From contig CM120647.1 in the NCBI GenBank assembly GCA_051362555.1, forward strand, positions 16,902,651 through 16,966,650: a stretch of DNA of 64,000 nt. The letters run 5' to 3'. A program made the position numbers and the translations under genes. The notes under the pieces are model-generated. The model worked only from the letters and a program-made list of their open reading frames with translations, was not told the origin of the DNA and did no database searches. Within the stretch, counting starts at the first letter, position 1; each line of letters begins with the position of its first letter. This stretch comes from Lingula anatina. Taxonomy: Eukaryota > Animalia > Brachiopoda. Below, in pieces: positions 1 to 11,942 of the stretch.

Positions 1-1929
1 AAGTGATCCAAAAACTAGATAGTAATAAATTAACCTAGAAATAATTTAGAAACTGACAGTTTTGTTTAACATGCTTTTCGTAAGTTTTTGATCGTCTTTA
101 GACAATTTTGAACCAACAATTTACACCCTTTGTAGAGAGCACATGCACGTGTATCTATGACAGTACTGCAGAAAAAAGGTGGTTCACTTACTCGACCGGG
201 CAGCGAGCAGGCAGGGGACGAGGAAACAAATGTGCAAGTGAAAGATTTCAAAACGTTCATACTGTAACAGAGGACAGTGTAACGAGACTGATATAAATTC
301 ATCATAACTTCTAAGCGGAATTGTTAAAATCTGCTCACGATGTGAAGAAAAGATAATCATCCTTTTGCTGATATGTCATAAGTAAAATAACCATACTTTA
401 TTTGAAGAAAAGCAATGTCCATATGCTGTACACGATAAACCAGCATAAGGGCACTTTTAACAATTTTTAACCATAAATGATGCTGGGTCAATTTCCTCAA
501 TAGCTGTTTTTATGTTTATTATTATTCCAAAAACTAGATAGTAATAAATTAACCTAGAAATAATCAAGCCCTGGATTTACAAATTACATTAATTGGTTAA
601 TTACGCACAGTCGTCAGTGAAAGGGCGAAACATTCAAGGCCATCGAGTGCATTTGCTCTGATGGTTGGCTTACTGTTCGACAAGATGACCTGGTTTGATA
701 AAAGGTAGGTTTGCCTATTTCAACATCAGATTGCTACCCTTTAAACGCCGTAACTCCTAATTGTGGCCCTCTACCGGATAATTAATCGCGTTGAAGAAAA
801 ACCAGCTTGTAGATAAAATACTATTCAAATTGGATATGTTGTACTGTATAATATACCAAGCATGCATGTCTAGACGAGTGAACCATTTAATCGCACTTGA
901 GTGATGATAGTCTCCGGCTGGTGAGGAAAGGTGTAGAAACTATCTATGACACGGCCTGGTTCCTAATAGTTGTTTTACGACAATGTTTTTCATTGTAACG
1001 AATGCATCTACCTAGGAAGATGAAAATAATGCGATTATAAATGAATATGCTATACCTGTATAACCAATTATAATATAAACATATATGACGGCTCCTTACT
1101 GACTAAAGACGTGTTTAAGCCAAGTTACTGCTGCTAATCAATTACCAATAGTTGCAACATTGTCTTCTAAATCTCTCCTAGCAAGGCCGTATAGTGGGCA
1201 AGATACTGAGCTAATGCTTCCTCCTGGCGTAATTGAAAACAAAGATAATAATTCTTGGTGTGAGATTTGAATTCCACAATTAACGTAGAAATATCATATG
1301 TTCCATTTGACCAACTTGTTGATCTGATTGTATTCAGCAAGAGTCCCCGTAGTTTTAGGGCATAACAGCTACGTCGACAAAATTCACTGTAAACGGTCTC
1401 TAACATCAGCTGTGCTTTTCGCAATATATACCGGGTGCTTGCGCTAATTAACTAATTTACAGATAATAATTATCATCACTTAAATCTTTAATTTTAGCAA
1501 TTTCACCGTATGTACAAACGGGTGCTATAAATTTGCACAATTGTAAAATGAGAAAAAATACATGAAGTATCAGTGTTAAGGGCATTATTCAAGCATTATT
1601 TAATAAGCATTATTATATAAGCATTAACAAGGTTAGGATTTCAGATAATAACTGGTATGAGGTTGTTTTCGGTCGTTAATTGGAAAGACTATAATACGGA
1701 ATAAAAACCGCCTAGATAGATGAGTTTCCATAAGCCGACAGTATCTTCTCAACGAGTAAACCAGCGTTAGCCACATACAGTTAACTGTACAGTCTAACCC
1801 TGAGAAGATCCTAACACCAAATACACAGTACTAAGCCTACTTACTCTTTCCCGTTTTGCAAGTACAAATATAAACAAAAACATTTTTTTGAAACTGTGCT
1901 AATTCTTTTGCCTGTATGTATACTAAAGC

Positions 1930-2127
1930 CCCCCTTACACTGGTCGGTGTCTTTTCTGTGTCCCGTAATTCGGCCCCGTCTGAGATAAAAAATACTTTAT
2001 GTGCCGACAACTGGCCTTTCATTGAGCATTCATGTTGCAACCAAATCGATGCTTGTGCCTCCTCTCTACGAACACAGCAATACCAGATTCATGGTCGAAC
2101 AAATGACGCCGGCAAGTGCAAAGGGGG
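1930..2127. mobile_element. MITE-like element, same family as 56971-57187
   Basis: Ends CCCCTTACACTGG...GCAAGTGCAAAGGGG form imperfect inverted termini similar to the cleaner copy at 56971-57187. Confidence 0.5.
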
Positions 2128-3508
2128 CTTTTCGAAGCATAGCGAACATATCTTGAAAAGAAGAGCTCTTATTTAACGATGGACTGGATCATTCATTCAC
2201 TTACTGCGTACAATATTGAGACATTCATTCAAACCTGCAATGCAAATCTTGCTAAGATGCAACGACTCACCTTCGTCGGCACTGAGCTTCATCTGGCAAC
2301 CTAAGGGAACCTGAGGGAAAAGCTCAACGCTTGCTGTCTTGCCTCACACACTGACGGTATCAGTCCTTTTTATCTTTTTTGTGGAACTACCATCTACCAT
2401 GTCGCATGTACCTAAATTGTATTGATTAAGATATGGTTGTATCCTGTATTTAAGATAGGCTATCTATAATCAGTCGAAGACATGAAATTGGAAGTCCCCA
2501 ATCCCGGTAGAGAAAACAAATAATGATGCCGATTTTTCGAAGCCACATTTGGCTTGCATTTTTTGCAATTATCAAAAAGGGCTTATTTTTTACGAACACC
2601 CATTTACAATTTTCACAAAAACTTATCAGTATATAGCACTCATACTACAGCAAGATGTGTCGGGGATCGATATGCTATACAATTACGACTTCCGGACCTG
2701 CATCTGATTGGTCGGTTAGTGACCTACATGTAATTAAAATAACATGACTCCCTAGCACGAGCGTTAGATGGAACCTTAATCTAAAAATAATTATTAAAAG
2801 ATTTAGATAAGTGACGCTTAGTGAGGTGTACCCCGCGACCCCAATCCCCACTGGGAACCCACCATAAATAAATAAATGAATAAATAAATAGATAAATAAG
2901 AAACCTCGCCGGCTTTTATTCTTAACAACCTTTCATAGTATCAATCTTCAACTTTCGTGGAGCAGACACATGATATTATTGCAGTCTTCAAGACAGACTT
3001 TTGTAGACAACTTTACCGTCTGAATTTTCAGAGTGGTGCACTTAAACAAAAACATTGAACTTGTTTTACAGGCAATATAAGTGTCTTCTGTTTTAGACCG
3101 GTAGCTGATTCAACCTGGATTGACGAATTCTCCAGTGCGTCATCACGTTTCGTTTATTTTACCCGCTGTATAAATGTCTGTGATTGCAGACTTAAGAAAA
3201 TTTCGTACCAACTAGCACATTGTGTTTGTAAAATGGAGATAGATAAAGCATGCAAGGAACACAAAGACCAGTATTAACCATGCACAGTTACCTATATTTT
3301 CTAAATTCGCCATTTTGCAACAAATGACCATTTCGCCTCAACACTGAACCTCTATATGATTACCTTATAGAGCAAAATCAAAGTTTTAGAACATTTGTTT
3401 TTATTATTTAAAAAATAATAAAACTTTGGCATATCTGCATTGCTGTTCATTATTTAAAGCGTCTTTGATTTTTTGTAATGAAAAGCTCCAATCCGTAACA
3501 CAATAATT

Positions 3509-3924
3509 TTAAAAATCGGCTGGACGTATCTTCATCTCAGTGAAAGGAAGTGAGTAATGGTACCCTTTGAATGTACGATAATTAACACCATCAGCATAGG
3601 AGTCGTGCGGTCCGTTGTAGTAGTGCCCATTCAGGTTGGTAGAATGACAGTCGGTGTACCACCAGGCACCTTTGTAGGTGGACGCACAGTTAACGGGAGA
3701 ACCGTCGTTGTCCCGGTCCTTCGTACTGAAAGGGGTCCCGTTACCGGTCAAGGTGCCGCCGGCCGTTCCCGAGTAGTCCCCCAGGGTAAGCGTGTACTTC
3801 CCAGCCTCATCGCTGATTTTAAAGAGGGATGTTTTTGAGTAGGCTTCGGTGCCGTTACCGTCTCTCAAGTCTACTCTCAAAGCGTACACCATCTGTCCCG
3901 TCAAGCGATGGAGGAACTCGTTGC
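3509..3924 (-). CDS. Fibrinogen-related domain (FReD) protein A, terminal exon (ficolin/tachylectin/FREP-like)
   Basis: Translation GNEFLHRLT...LRVDL...FSTKDRDND...NCA...GAWWY..CH..NLNG.Y...EMKIRP is the fibrinogen C-terminal signature. Acceptor TTTACAG lies at 3925-3931 (minus strand). The exon is 416 nt, the same as in the paralog. Confidence 0.93.
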
Positions 3925-4149
3925 CTGTAAAAACAATAAATGGCAAATATATATATATTTTTTAATTAAAAGGCATGACAATGGTTACTCATAAAATAAA
4001 ACAAAACTATATGAATAACTCTTAAACTTTTACTTCATATTGTAGATTTATTATCAAGTCTGTGTCACACAAATACAATCATTGTCATTTGTGAGCGCAA
4101 AAGATCTTTATTTCTCAAAACCGTTTCCATTTTGATCACAAATTCTCAC

Positions 4150-4246
4150 CAAGCCAGTGTTCACCATTGGGGTATCCAAACCCTTCTTTGTATGCCTTCC
4201 AGCCACGGAAAAAGTCAACTGAACCATCTTTGCGTCTCTGGAAAAC
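4150..4246 (-). CDS. FReD protein A, internal exon
   Basis: 97 nt encoding [32 protein letters not shown](G), with an AG acceptor and a GTGAG donor. Phases 0/1 fit the neighbouring exons. Confidence 0.9.
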
Positions 4247-4450
4247 CTACGTTATAGTTAAAAAGAGAGCATTTCGATAACATCTTTACTATTTTTGTGG
4301 GATGATCTCAATTGCCACCCCGCAAAATAAAGACATATTAATGATGCTATAAGAAGTTCTATAAGGAAAAAGCAAATGAAAATTCAATATGTAATTTGTA
4401 AAACTACTGAACCACTGTAACCATTATCATTAACTGGTTTTATATTCAGA

Positions 4451-4487
4451 TGTGTGTGTGTGCGTGTGTGTAAGTGTGCGTGCGCGT

Positions 4488-4530
<43 letters not shown>
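4451..4530. repeat. (TG)n/(AG)n microsatellite in a FReD A intron
   Basis: Visible directly. A matching (CT)n(CA)n tract follows the equivalent donor in paralog B at about 56670-56705. Confidence 0.9.
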
Positions 4531-4532
<2 letters not shown>

Positions 4533-4536
4533 TTAC

Positions 4537-4679
4537 CGTCCATCCGCCCCCGTCAGTCAGCATGTCACAATACGCCCAGAACCCTCCTTTGTTATCATAC
4601 GGTCTGAGCCAGTAAACGCCGCTCTGATGTACGCCCGACCGATAGATGGAGGCACAGTCTGGATGTGGACAGCAGCAAT
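4537..4679 (-). CDS. FReD protein A, first fibrinogen-domain exon (upstream start/signal exon not identified)
   Basis: 143 nt encoding (D)CCCPHPDCASIYRSGVHQSGVYWLRPYDNKGGFWAYCDMLTDGGGWT, with a CAG acceptor and a GTAAGA donor. Confidence 0.9.
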
Positions 4680-4984
4680 CTGGGGGATATCAAGGAATTG
4701 CTATATTTATAATGCAGTGTATCTGCCGATACATATGTCGTTTATTGCAGCAATATATGACATGTGGATTTTCTCTCCTTCCTGTCAAAACGTCTTGTCA
4801 CGGCTTCATGCATACACTCTAGCGGTAACCCATATTGTATTTATGACATTCATGTAAGAACAGGCTATCTACAGTAACTGTTATAATTAAGTAGTAAATT
4901 TCGAGAGAAACAAAGCTCTTCCCTCCATACAGATCGATCCATCTCCAAGGGCTTAGATGTCTTAGATGTCTGTTTAGATGTCTG

Positions 4985-5087
4985 TTAAGCGGCTTAGATG
5001 TCTGTCACGCCTACTGAATCTGCTAGGGGGTAATTATACATCGTTTAGCAGCTTCAGTAGGCGTGCCAGACATCTAAGCTGCTTAAG
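4985..5087. repeat. Short inverted repeat (MITE-like hairpin)
   Basis: TTAAGCGGCTTAGATGTCTGTCACGCCTACTGAATCTGCTA ... TAGCAGCTTCAGTAGGCGTGCCAGACATCTAAGCTGCTTAA. Confidence 0.7.
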
Positions 5088-5880
5088 CTGATAACAATTT
5101 AGCGAGAAACCCCTTGTGTATCTAGGTATGGGAACCCAGTCTAAGAGGAATATCTTAAAGTAGTGATTTTTTAACCTACACACTTTGCGTGATAGGCATG
5201 GGGTGACTGCAATCTTACCTAAATCCGGGTTTGCAAATTAGATATCATGGCTATCTACATGTATATTGCTTTGCCCGTGCTCTCAGATTACTTTTGTTCT
5301 CTATCTTACCCGGTCTCTCAACTTTTTGACATGCAACTGCCTCTTTCGTCACCGCTATCCAGACCAGTATGGGCATCCAAATATACATGTATGTTCTCAT
5401 TTTACGCACACTTGGTGGTTGTTCCTCTCTAGTAAAAATAGAGTATGGCCGCCAGGTGAAGCAATGTGACTAGTTAACTCTTTCAAATCCTGTTTATGAG
5501 TGGATTGTAGGTCGAACATTGAAACATAACATCCTGTTACACATATAGGTTAATGACAAAATAATTGAATGCGTAGATGTCTGATTGGAAACACAGGAGG
5601 AAGAGCACGTAGCTGTAACCGTAGTGAGCCAAATATTAATGAGATTATAACCGCAGATATGCTGGGCAAATATCTTTAGATTCAAACACCTACTTTTCCC
5701 ACTCATTTCCCCTCCCAAACCAGTGTAACAAGCAAAACAAAGTAATTAAACCTACCGTCCACGTAACCTTCCCTTTTTGTTACAGTACAAACTTTCTTGT
5801 GTATCTTTATTTAATCAAATGTACATATGGTATTCATTTTATTGGATTGATTACTATGAAATTCTATGAAATTGAGTAAA

Positions 5881-6170
5881 CCCGCATGAAAATGCAGTAG
5901 TATCGAAGTAGTAAAGAAGCATTAACGCAGTAGTGGTGTGGAGCATATTTGCAGTAGAAATGCAGTAGAGCCTACTGCAATTCTACTTCAAAAATTACAT
6001 ACATGTAGGGTTATACAGAGGAGGAGCATTAATGCAGTAGATTAGCAGCATGATAGAAGCATGTTTCAAATATGCTTATTAGCTCCCCAATCGAAGCAGA
6101 TTTGAAGCATGTTTGCAGTATGATTGCAGTAGTCTACTGCGCTGGAGTATCTACTTCGTTTTCGTGCTGG
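5881..6170. mobile_element. ~290-bp MITE (second copy inverted at 63248-63530)
   Basis: Imperfect TIRs CCCGCATGAAAATGCAGTAG / CTACTTCGTTTTCGTGCTGG with internal GCAGTAG repeats. A near-identical reverse-complement copy lies at 63.3 kb. Confidence 0.75.
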
Positions 6171-6977
6171 AAACGAGTTGAACCAGTATACATCTCACCT
6201 ATCACAATCAACAGCATTGTAATTCAGTGGACGGCACAACTACCGCACTGACCCAGGGAGGTCAGGTTGAGAAAAAGCGTGCACATTGAACAAGGACAGG
6301 ACATCAACTGCTGTTTAGATTTGATATCATACTATTTGTTATTGCAGATCGAAATTTCAATCATGGCGTCGTGAACCGCGAGATAAGCCATCACACTGAT
6401 AAATATCTTTCCAATATTTCTTCAATTATATTTATGTACTTGTGTATTTTATTTTCTTATCTTACCGTTAGTACAATCTGCATTTAATTTTGCTAGGAGA
6501 CCAATTTAATTTCAAATATATAATTGTAAATATTTTTCTGGTCTTGAGTACAATCTGCATTTGCTTTTGTTCAATAGAAAAAAATCCCTCTAGTACTAAC
6601 AAGGGTCAAAATGCATCGTGACTTGAGCAATGAGTAATACGGTTTTGCGTCTTTGTGAATGACACTGAAATCAATATACATAATCATGACCTCATATTAA
6701 ATCAAATGTACTTATTACATTCAAATCTATAGAGTTATTAGCATGGGTAAAGTTGCTGGCGGTCGTTTTGGGATAGCCCAGCGAAACCGAATGTATCTAC
6801 CGTGTTTTCAGACTGTGAATGATTGATTGAAAAAAAAAAAGGTGCATGACAAGTCCCATTTCTACTTCACCATTATTGTTATAAGGTGGTTCAGGGCTAC
6901 CATTCTCAATTGTGTGATATATTTAGCGCGACAGCCGCTGCATGAAAAGAAACTACAGAGGGAGACTCTATAAATAC

Positions 6978-9962
6978 ACAAGGCAGCAAAGCTGTCAAAT
7001 GTACAGACAAAAAAAAAAAACAGAAAAAAAAGATGCAAAAGAGGTCATTTTGTCAATTTTGATTAATAATAAATAATGCTTATAATAGCACAGTCAGTCA
7101 ACACTGATTTTTCATCATGCACAACAGGTAACATGGTCAATAACAGGAGCAGATCCAGAAATATTTTCTGACAGTATTCTAAAGTATTTTTGTTGATCCA
7201 TCCTCCATTTTGATGGTCTTCCAACAGAAAAAAATAGATACCCATCAATATAAACTTTAAAATCTGACTGTCTTCCAGGAGACCCAGAAGATGGTCTCAA
7301 TCCACCCCTTCAATAAGATTACAGTTTCAGCACCATGAGAGTTAAAATTCACATGATGAAAGTCCCAATATATGAAAAATGATGACAGTGCATAAGATAA
7401 TATTAAATAGTGTTTAAAGACATGAATAGCAATACAACTGCTTATGTGGAAATACAGAAAATGTGCGGAGCCTCAGGTGGATGTGAGTTAAAAGTCACAT
7501 CTTATAAATGCCAGTGTTGGAGAAAAAATTAAAAAGAAAACAAAAATATTATCTAATGAAGCTGTTATTCACTGCTTCCTTATTATGGCCACTATGTTAT
7601 CTAGCAGAGAGCTTAACCTTTGGGAGTTTACAGGGAAATATCAACAAGTGTGCTTTATGTAATCTAATTTAATGGCCACTTAATTAGGCAAATAAGTTTA
7701 TAGCAGTAAACTTGGCCTAGTGAATACCCAAGGGGAATTTAAAGACTGACCACACAAATTTGTCTATCAAAGGTCTTCAGGCCCATAAGTCACACCTTAA
7801 GAAAAGCAGAAAACAATAATGCACAAAAACAGGAGACTGACAATTCTGATGCAATAATACATTATGTTTAACTGTTTATTAAATTTATGCATTTTTTTGT
7901 GAAATTTTCATTTTTCTCATTCTGGCACTTTCTAATTGTAAACTTGAACTTCGATGGGCCTGAAGCCTTATGCTTTTACTTTCATCAGTGTTACCTGTTA
8001 TGCATAATTAAAATTTGATGCACAGTCAACATCAAATTTTAATTATGCACAAAATTTTTTCACAAAAAACCTGTATGACTTCCAAACAATAAACTAATGA
8101 GACAATTTTGCAACTGAAGCTGTATTTCAATCGTATGTTTCTTTCCTGTAAGTGTGAGAAGAGCAAGTCACATGGTTTTCCTTTCACCGCCACTACGGAG
8201 GCAGTGCCCAGAATAGGGTTTTGTTCAATTTTGATGCAATATAACACAATGCTCAACAGCATAATAACCATAAATTTTTTAATAATAAAATAAAAGTATC
8301 ATGGATATTCAGAAAATGTGACTAGCCCATAGAGTTCAGAGTCATACTTTGAAAATCCCAAAATGTAAACAAGAGAAAACTGTATTGAAAGAGTTTATTT
8401 CCATTTTCAACACCTTTTTTACATAAAACAAAATAATCAATTTACTGTCACTTTTATATGATCAATCAAAAAAAAATATGTTGACAAAGCAAAAATATCA
8501 ATAGAACAATTATAAATGTCCAACTTGCTCCATTCTGAGATTCTGAACATAGTGAAAGGTTGAATGTGACAAACTGTAAAGATATGAGTTTTTTTTCATT
8601 TTTGACACTTATTACACAATACACAATATCAGGTTTGCCATCATTTTTATATAATTGACTAACAAGGTTGTTAAGATGCAGAAAATGTCAAAAGAACAAC
8701 TTAAAATATCTAATTAGTTAAAAAATGAGACTGTTAACATGCCTGACAATTAAATTTGAGGAAAAAACTCTTATATACAAAAAAAAAAAAAAGGTATAAC
8801 TTCACCAAACTTTAACTGATCAAGCTTATTTTGAAAACTTTATCTGTATTTCAGTAACACTGATCACTACTGTGACTTTCAAGACAATTGGCCAATCGAT
8901 TTTCCTTAAAATGTGTTATAGGTGTTGCATAAATGCTGAAAAAAGTGAAAAAACAGCATAACTTCCCTAAAAATGGCCCGATCATGCTGATTTTCGAACT
9001 TGACTTGCGTATTATGAATATTTATCAGTTTTGTAAGTTTCAAGCCAAAAGGTTAAACAGTTTTTCAAATATCGTGTTATCGGTGTTGCATAAATGCTGA
9101 AAAAAGTGATAAAACAGCATAAATTCCTTAAAAATGGCCCAATCATGCTGCTTTTCGAACTTGACCTGCGTATTATGAATTTTCATCAGTTCTGTAAGTT
9201 TCAAGCCAAAAGGTAAAATGGTTTTCCACTTATTGTGTTATCGGTGCTGCATAAATGCTGAAAAAAGTGAAAAAAAACAGCATAAATTCCCTAAAAGTGA
9301 CCCGATCATGCTGATTTTCGAACTTGACCTGCGTATTATAAATATTTATCAGTTCTGTAAGTTTCAAGCCAAAAGGTAAAATGGTTTTCCACTTATCATG
9401 TTATCGGTGCTGTATATATGCTGAAAAAAGTGAAAAAACAGCATAAATTCCCTATAAGTGACCCGATCATGCTGATTTTCGAACTTGACCTGCGTATTAT
9501 GAATATTCATCAGTTCTGTAAGTTTCAAGCCAAAAGGTAAAATGGTTTTCCACTTATCGTGTTATCGGTGCTGCATATGTGCTGAAAAAAGTGAAAAAAC
9601 AGCATAAATTCCCTATAAGTGACCCGATCATGCTGATTTTCGAACTTGACCTGCGTATTATGAATATTCATCAGTTCTGTAAGTTTCAAGCCAAAAGGTA
9701 AAATGGTTTTCCACTTATCGTGTTATCGGTGCTGCATATGTGCTGAAAAAAGTGAAAAAACAGCATAAATTCCCTATAAGTGACCCGATCATGCTGATTT
9801 TCGAACTTGACCTGCGTATTATGAATATTCATCAGTTCTGTAAGTTTCAAGCCAAAAGAAAAAACAGTTTTCCACTTATCGTGTTATCGGTAAAAGTGCA
9901 CGGCGACGACAGACGCAGATGATGGCTATATGTACAGACACATCTGTGTCTGTACATAAAAA
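6978..9962 (+). mobile_element. Non-autonomous Helentron/DINE-like element carrying an internal tandem array
   Basis: ATGTACAGACA near the 5' end (6999-7009) is complementary to an arm of the 3' hairpin TATGTACAGACACA-TC-TGTGTCTGTACATA (9929-9958). The hairpin is preceded by GACGACAGAC and followed by an A-run. The 5' boundary is inferred. Confidence 0.55.
8921..9890. repeat. Tandem minisatellite, ~161-bp unit, about 6 copies
   Basis: Unit GGTG(T/C)TGCATAAATGCTGAAAAAAGTG...GAACTTGACCTGCG...AAGTTTCAAGCC...GTGTTATC recurs at about 8921, 9082, 9243, 9406, 9567 and 9728. Confidence 0.95.
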
Positions 9963-10280
9963 GGTGTTTGCGTAAGCGCAAAACATGCTCGTTTCTATGT
10001 ATTCTGCAAAGGAAAAGTAAAACTGAGCTACAGGTAGGCCCTATTTACTCAACTGCTTTGTCGTGGGTCTGATGTGCCACAGGGTTTTTTTTAGCTGTTA
10101 TCGATCGCGAGATGACGGCTGTTTCTCCAGCGCGACGGTGAAAAATTGCGCAATAAGGTTGGCAACACACCTCCACTGGAAGAACACTAGGGGGAGAAGA
10201 AGCAAATTCTAAATGATCTGAGGCTTATGCAACAGGAAGATCTACTGGCAGAGCCTTCGGTAAGTCTTACATGAATTCTA

Positions 10281-11942
10281 CAGACTTGACATTTAATATG
10301 GAATATTTCAGTTTCGAAGGTATACCTAGGTAATAATGCGTTCTGTTTTCAAAAAACTCCGATCTCATATAAGATTTGTGAATGGAGAACTGTGTAGTCA
10401 GGTGTGTCGCTACCAATTAACTGACTTTCATGTCTGTTGCGCTGCTACATTATGTAATATGCAGTGATTTAATTGGGTAGTGTTCCTTTGGGCTGGTCAA
10501 AGCTTGGCTTAGGCAAAGCTTGGTTCTGTCAAAAAAGTATCCATATGTCGACAACTACTGCATAGAATAATTTGAAATTTTGCATGCAAGCGGTCAGTTT
10601 TGCAGTGCGGAAGATGAGTCAAGTAGTGCATTACACATTTTTAATCTATGGCAGAATGGCGCAAAAAAGACAGACATTACCAGACAGATCATAGCGCCAA
10701 ACAGAACGGTCCCCACAGTTTTATAGAGTAATGCCCAGACTGATGTACCTACACAGAGGTCACCCCCAGTGTATCAAAATCTTACCTACAGGGTACAGGA
10801 CCCACTGTCTTTCGGGATTCGCTGCTGCAACCAAACAAAAAACACTTAGTCCGTTCAGAACGAGGGTTGAATTGCCACCAAAATGCGTTTTTCAAAGCCC
10901 TTAGCGAACACCAAACTGGGTTAAGCAGGTAAAAACACCAAACGACCTCCTAGGCACCCACTGTAAACAGCAAAACATCGTCGTCTGTTTCTCTAATGAA
11001 TTGGGGGCCATGACCGTTTCTGGGTAGAACACTGAAACTGCATGGCTTTCTTTATTGAGGTCAGATTTCACCTGTACCGCCCAATTAGTCAAAACAGAGT
11101 TTACAGATATCCAGAAGAGGCCTACGACGAAGCATATGCCGGGTCTTAAGTGAAAAGGGTGATTGACAGCGTCAGTATTGGGAGTGGATACCACATTGGT
11201 GCCAAAACACCAATGGTAGTCATCGACGAAAACCTGAACCAGATCAAATTAAGGAATAATCTCGGAACCACTTGACTATCATTTGATAGGGGGCACCTTA
11301 GGAACAATTTTAGGTTGCACGGTGAGGTTGCAGGTTCACACAGAGCACTTTTAATAACAGATAACTTACAGAAACAAGGGAATGAGCAGCTACCCTGGTC
11401 ATCAAAATCGCCACATTTGAACCACATAGACAATATTTCGGTAGGCCATTACTCGACGAATCAACTGCCTACATGTCCTACAACAAAACTGGACCAGATT
11501 GGACACTTTTAGATCGATGCCTGGAATGTTATTCCAGATTGAACTCTAAAAACCTACCCCAAGCAATGCTTTGCCGCTTGAGAGCGCTGGCAACAGCCAG
11601 AAGAGGCCAGGCGTAACAGCGACCATTACTGTGACTATAGCAACTGACATGAGGGTCTTTTGTGGAGCGTTTAACTCTTTTACAGACGATAATTTGGAAA
11701 ATATGGAGATCCAAAATATCTCTTTTAATGGAAGTCGTATGGTATAGAATAGGCAATGTGTTTTTGTTTGCTTCTCTGGCAAATTCCATTAATGAATTGA
11801 TATCACAATGACATCAAAGAGATAATTTAAAGTTATTAAAACACGATTTTAATCCTTATTTTCATTTATCAGTCAGCAAAATAGGAAAAAACTGGTAAAA
11901 AATTACTTGGAAAAAAATATTCCATATTAAATGTCAAGTCTG
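10281..11942 (+). mobile_element. Degenerate Tc1/mariner DNA transposon, copy 1
   Basis: 28-bp TIR CAGACTTGACATTTAATATGGAATATTT flanked by TA. Transposase relics FSNE (FSDE-like) and PWSSKSPHLNHIDNI (WPxxSPDLNPIEN-like) carry stops and frameshifts. Confidence 0.88.

Noticed and set aside
1167-1424. 85-aa minus-strand ORF
   Set aside because: It has a non-ATG start, no recognisable domain and no convincing splice boundaries.
5216-5470. Candidate signal-peptide exon for FReD A
   Set aside because: The donor at ~5219 is preceded by in-frame stops in the required phase, and no hydrophobic leader was found.
8921-9890. 161-bp array as a CRISPR array
   Set aside because: Whole units repeat with no unique spacers, there are no cas genes, and the context is eukaryotic.
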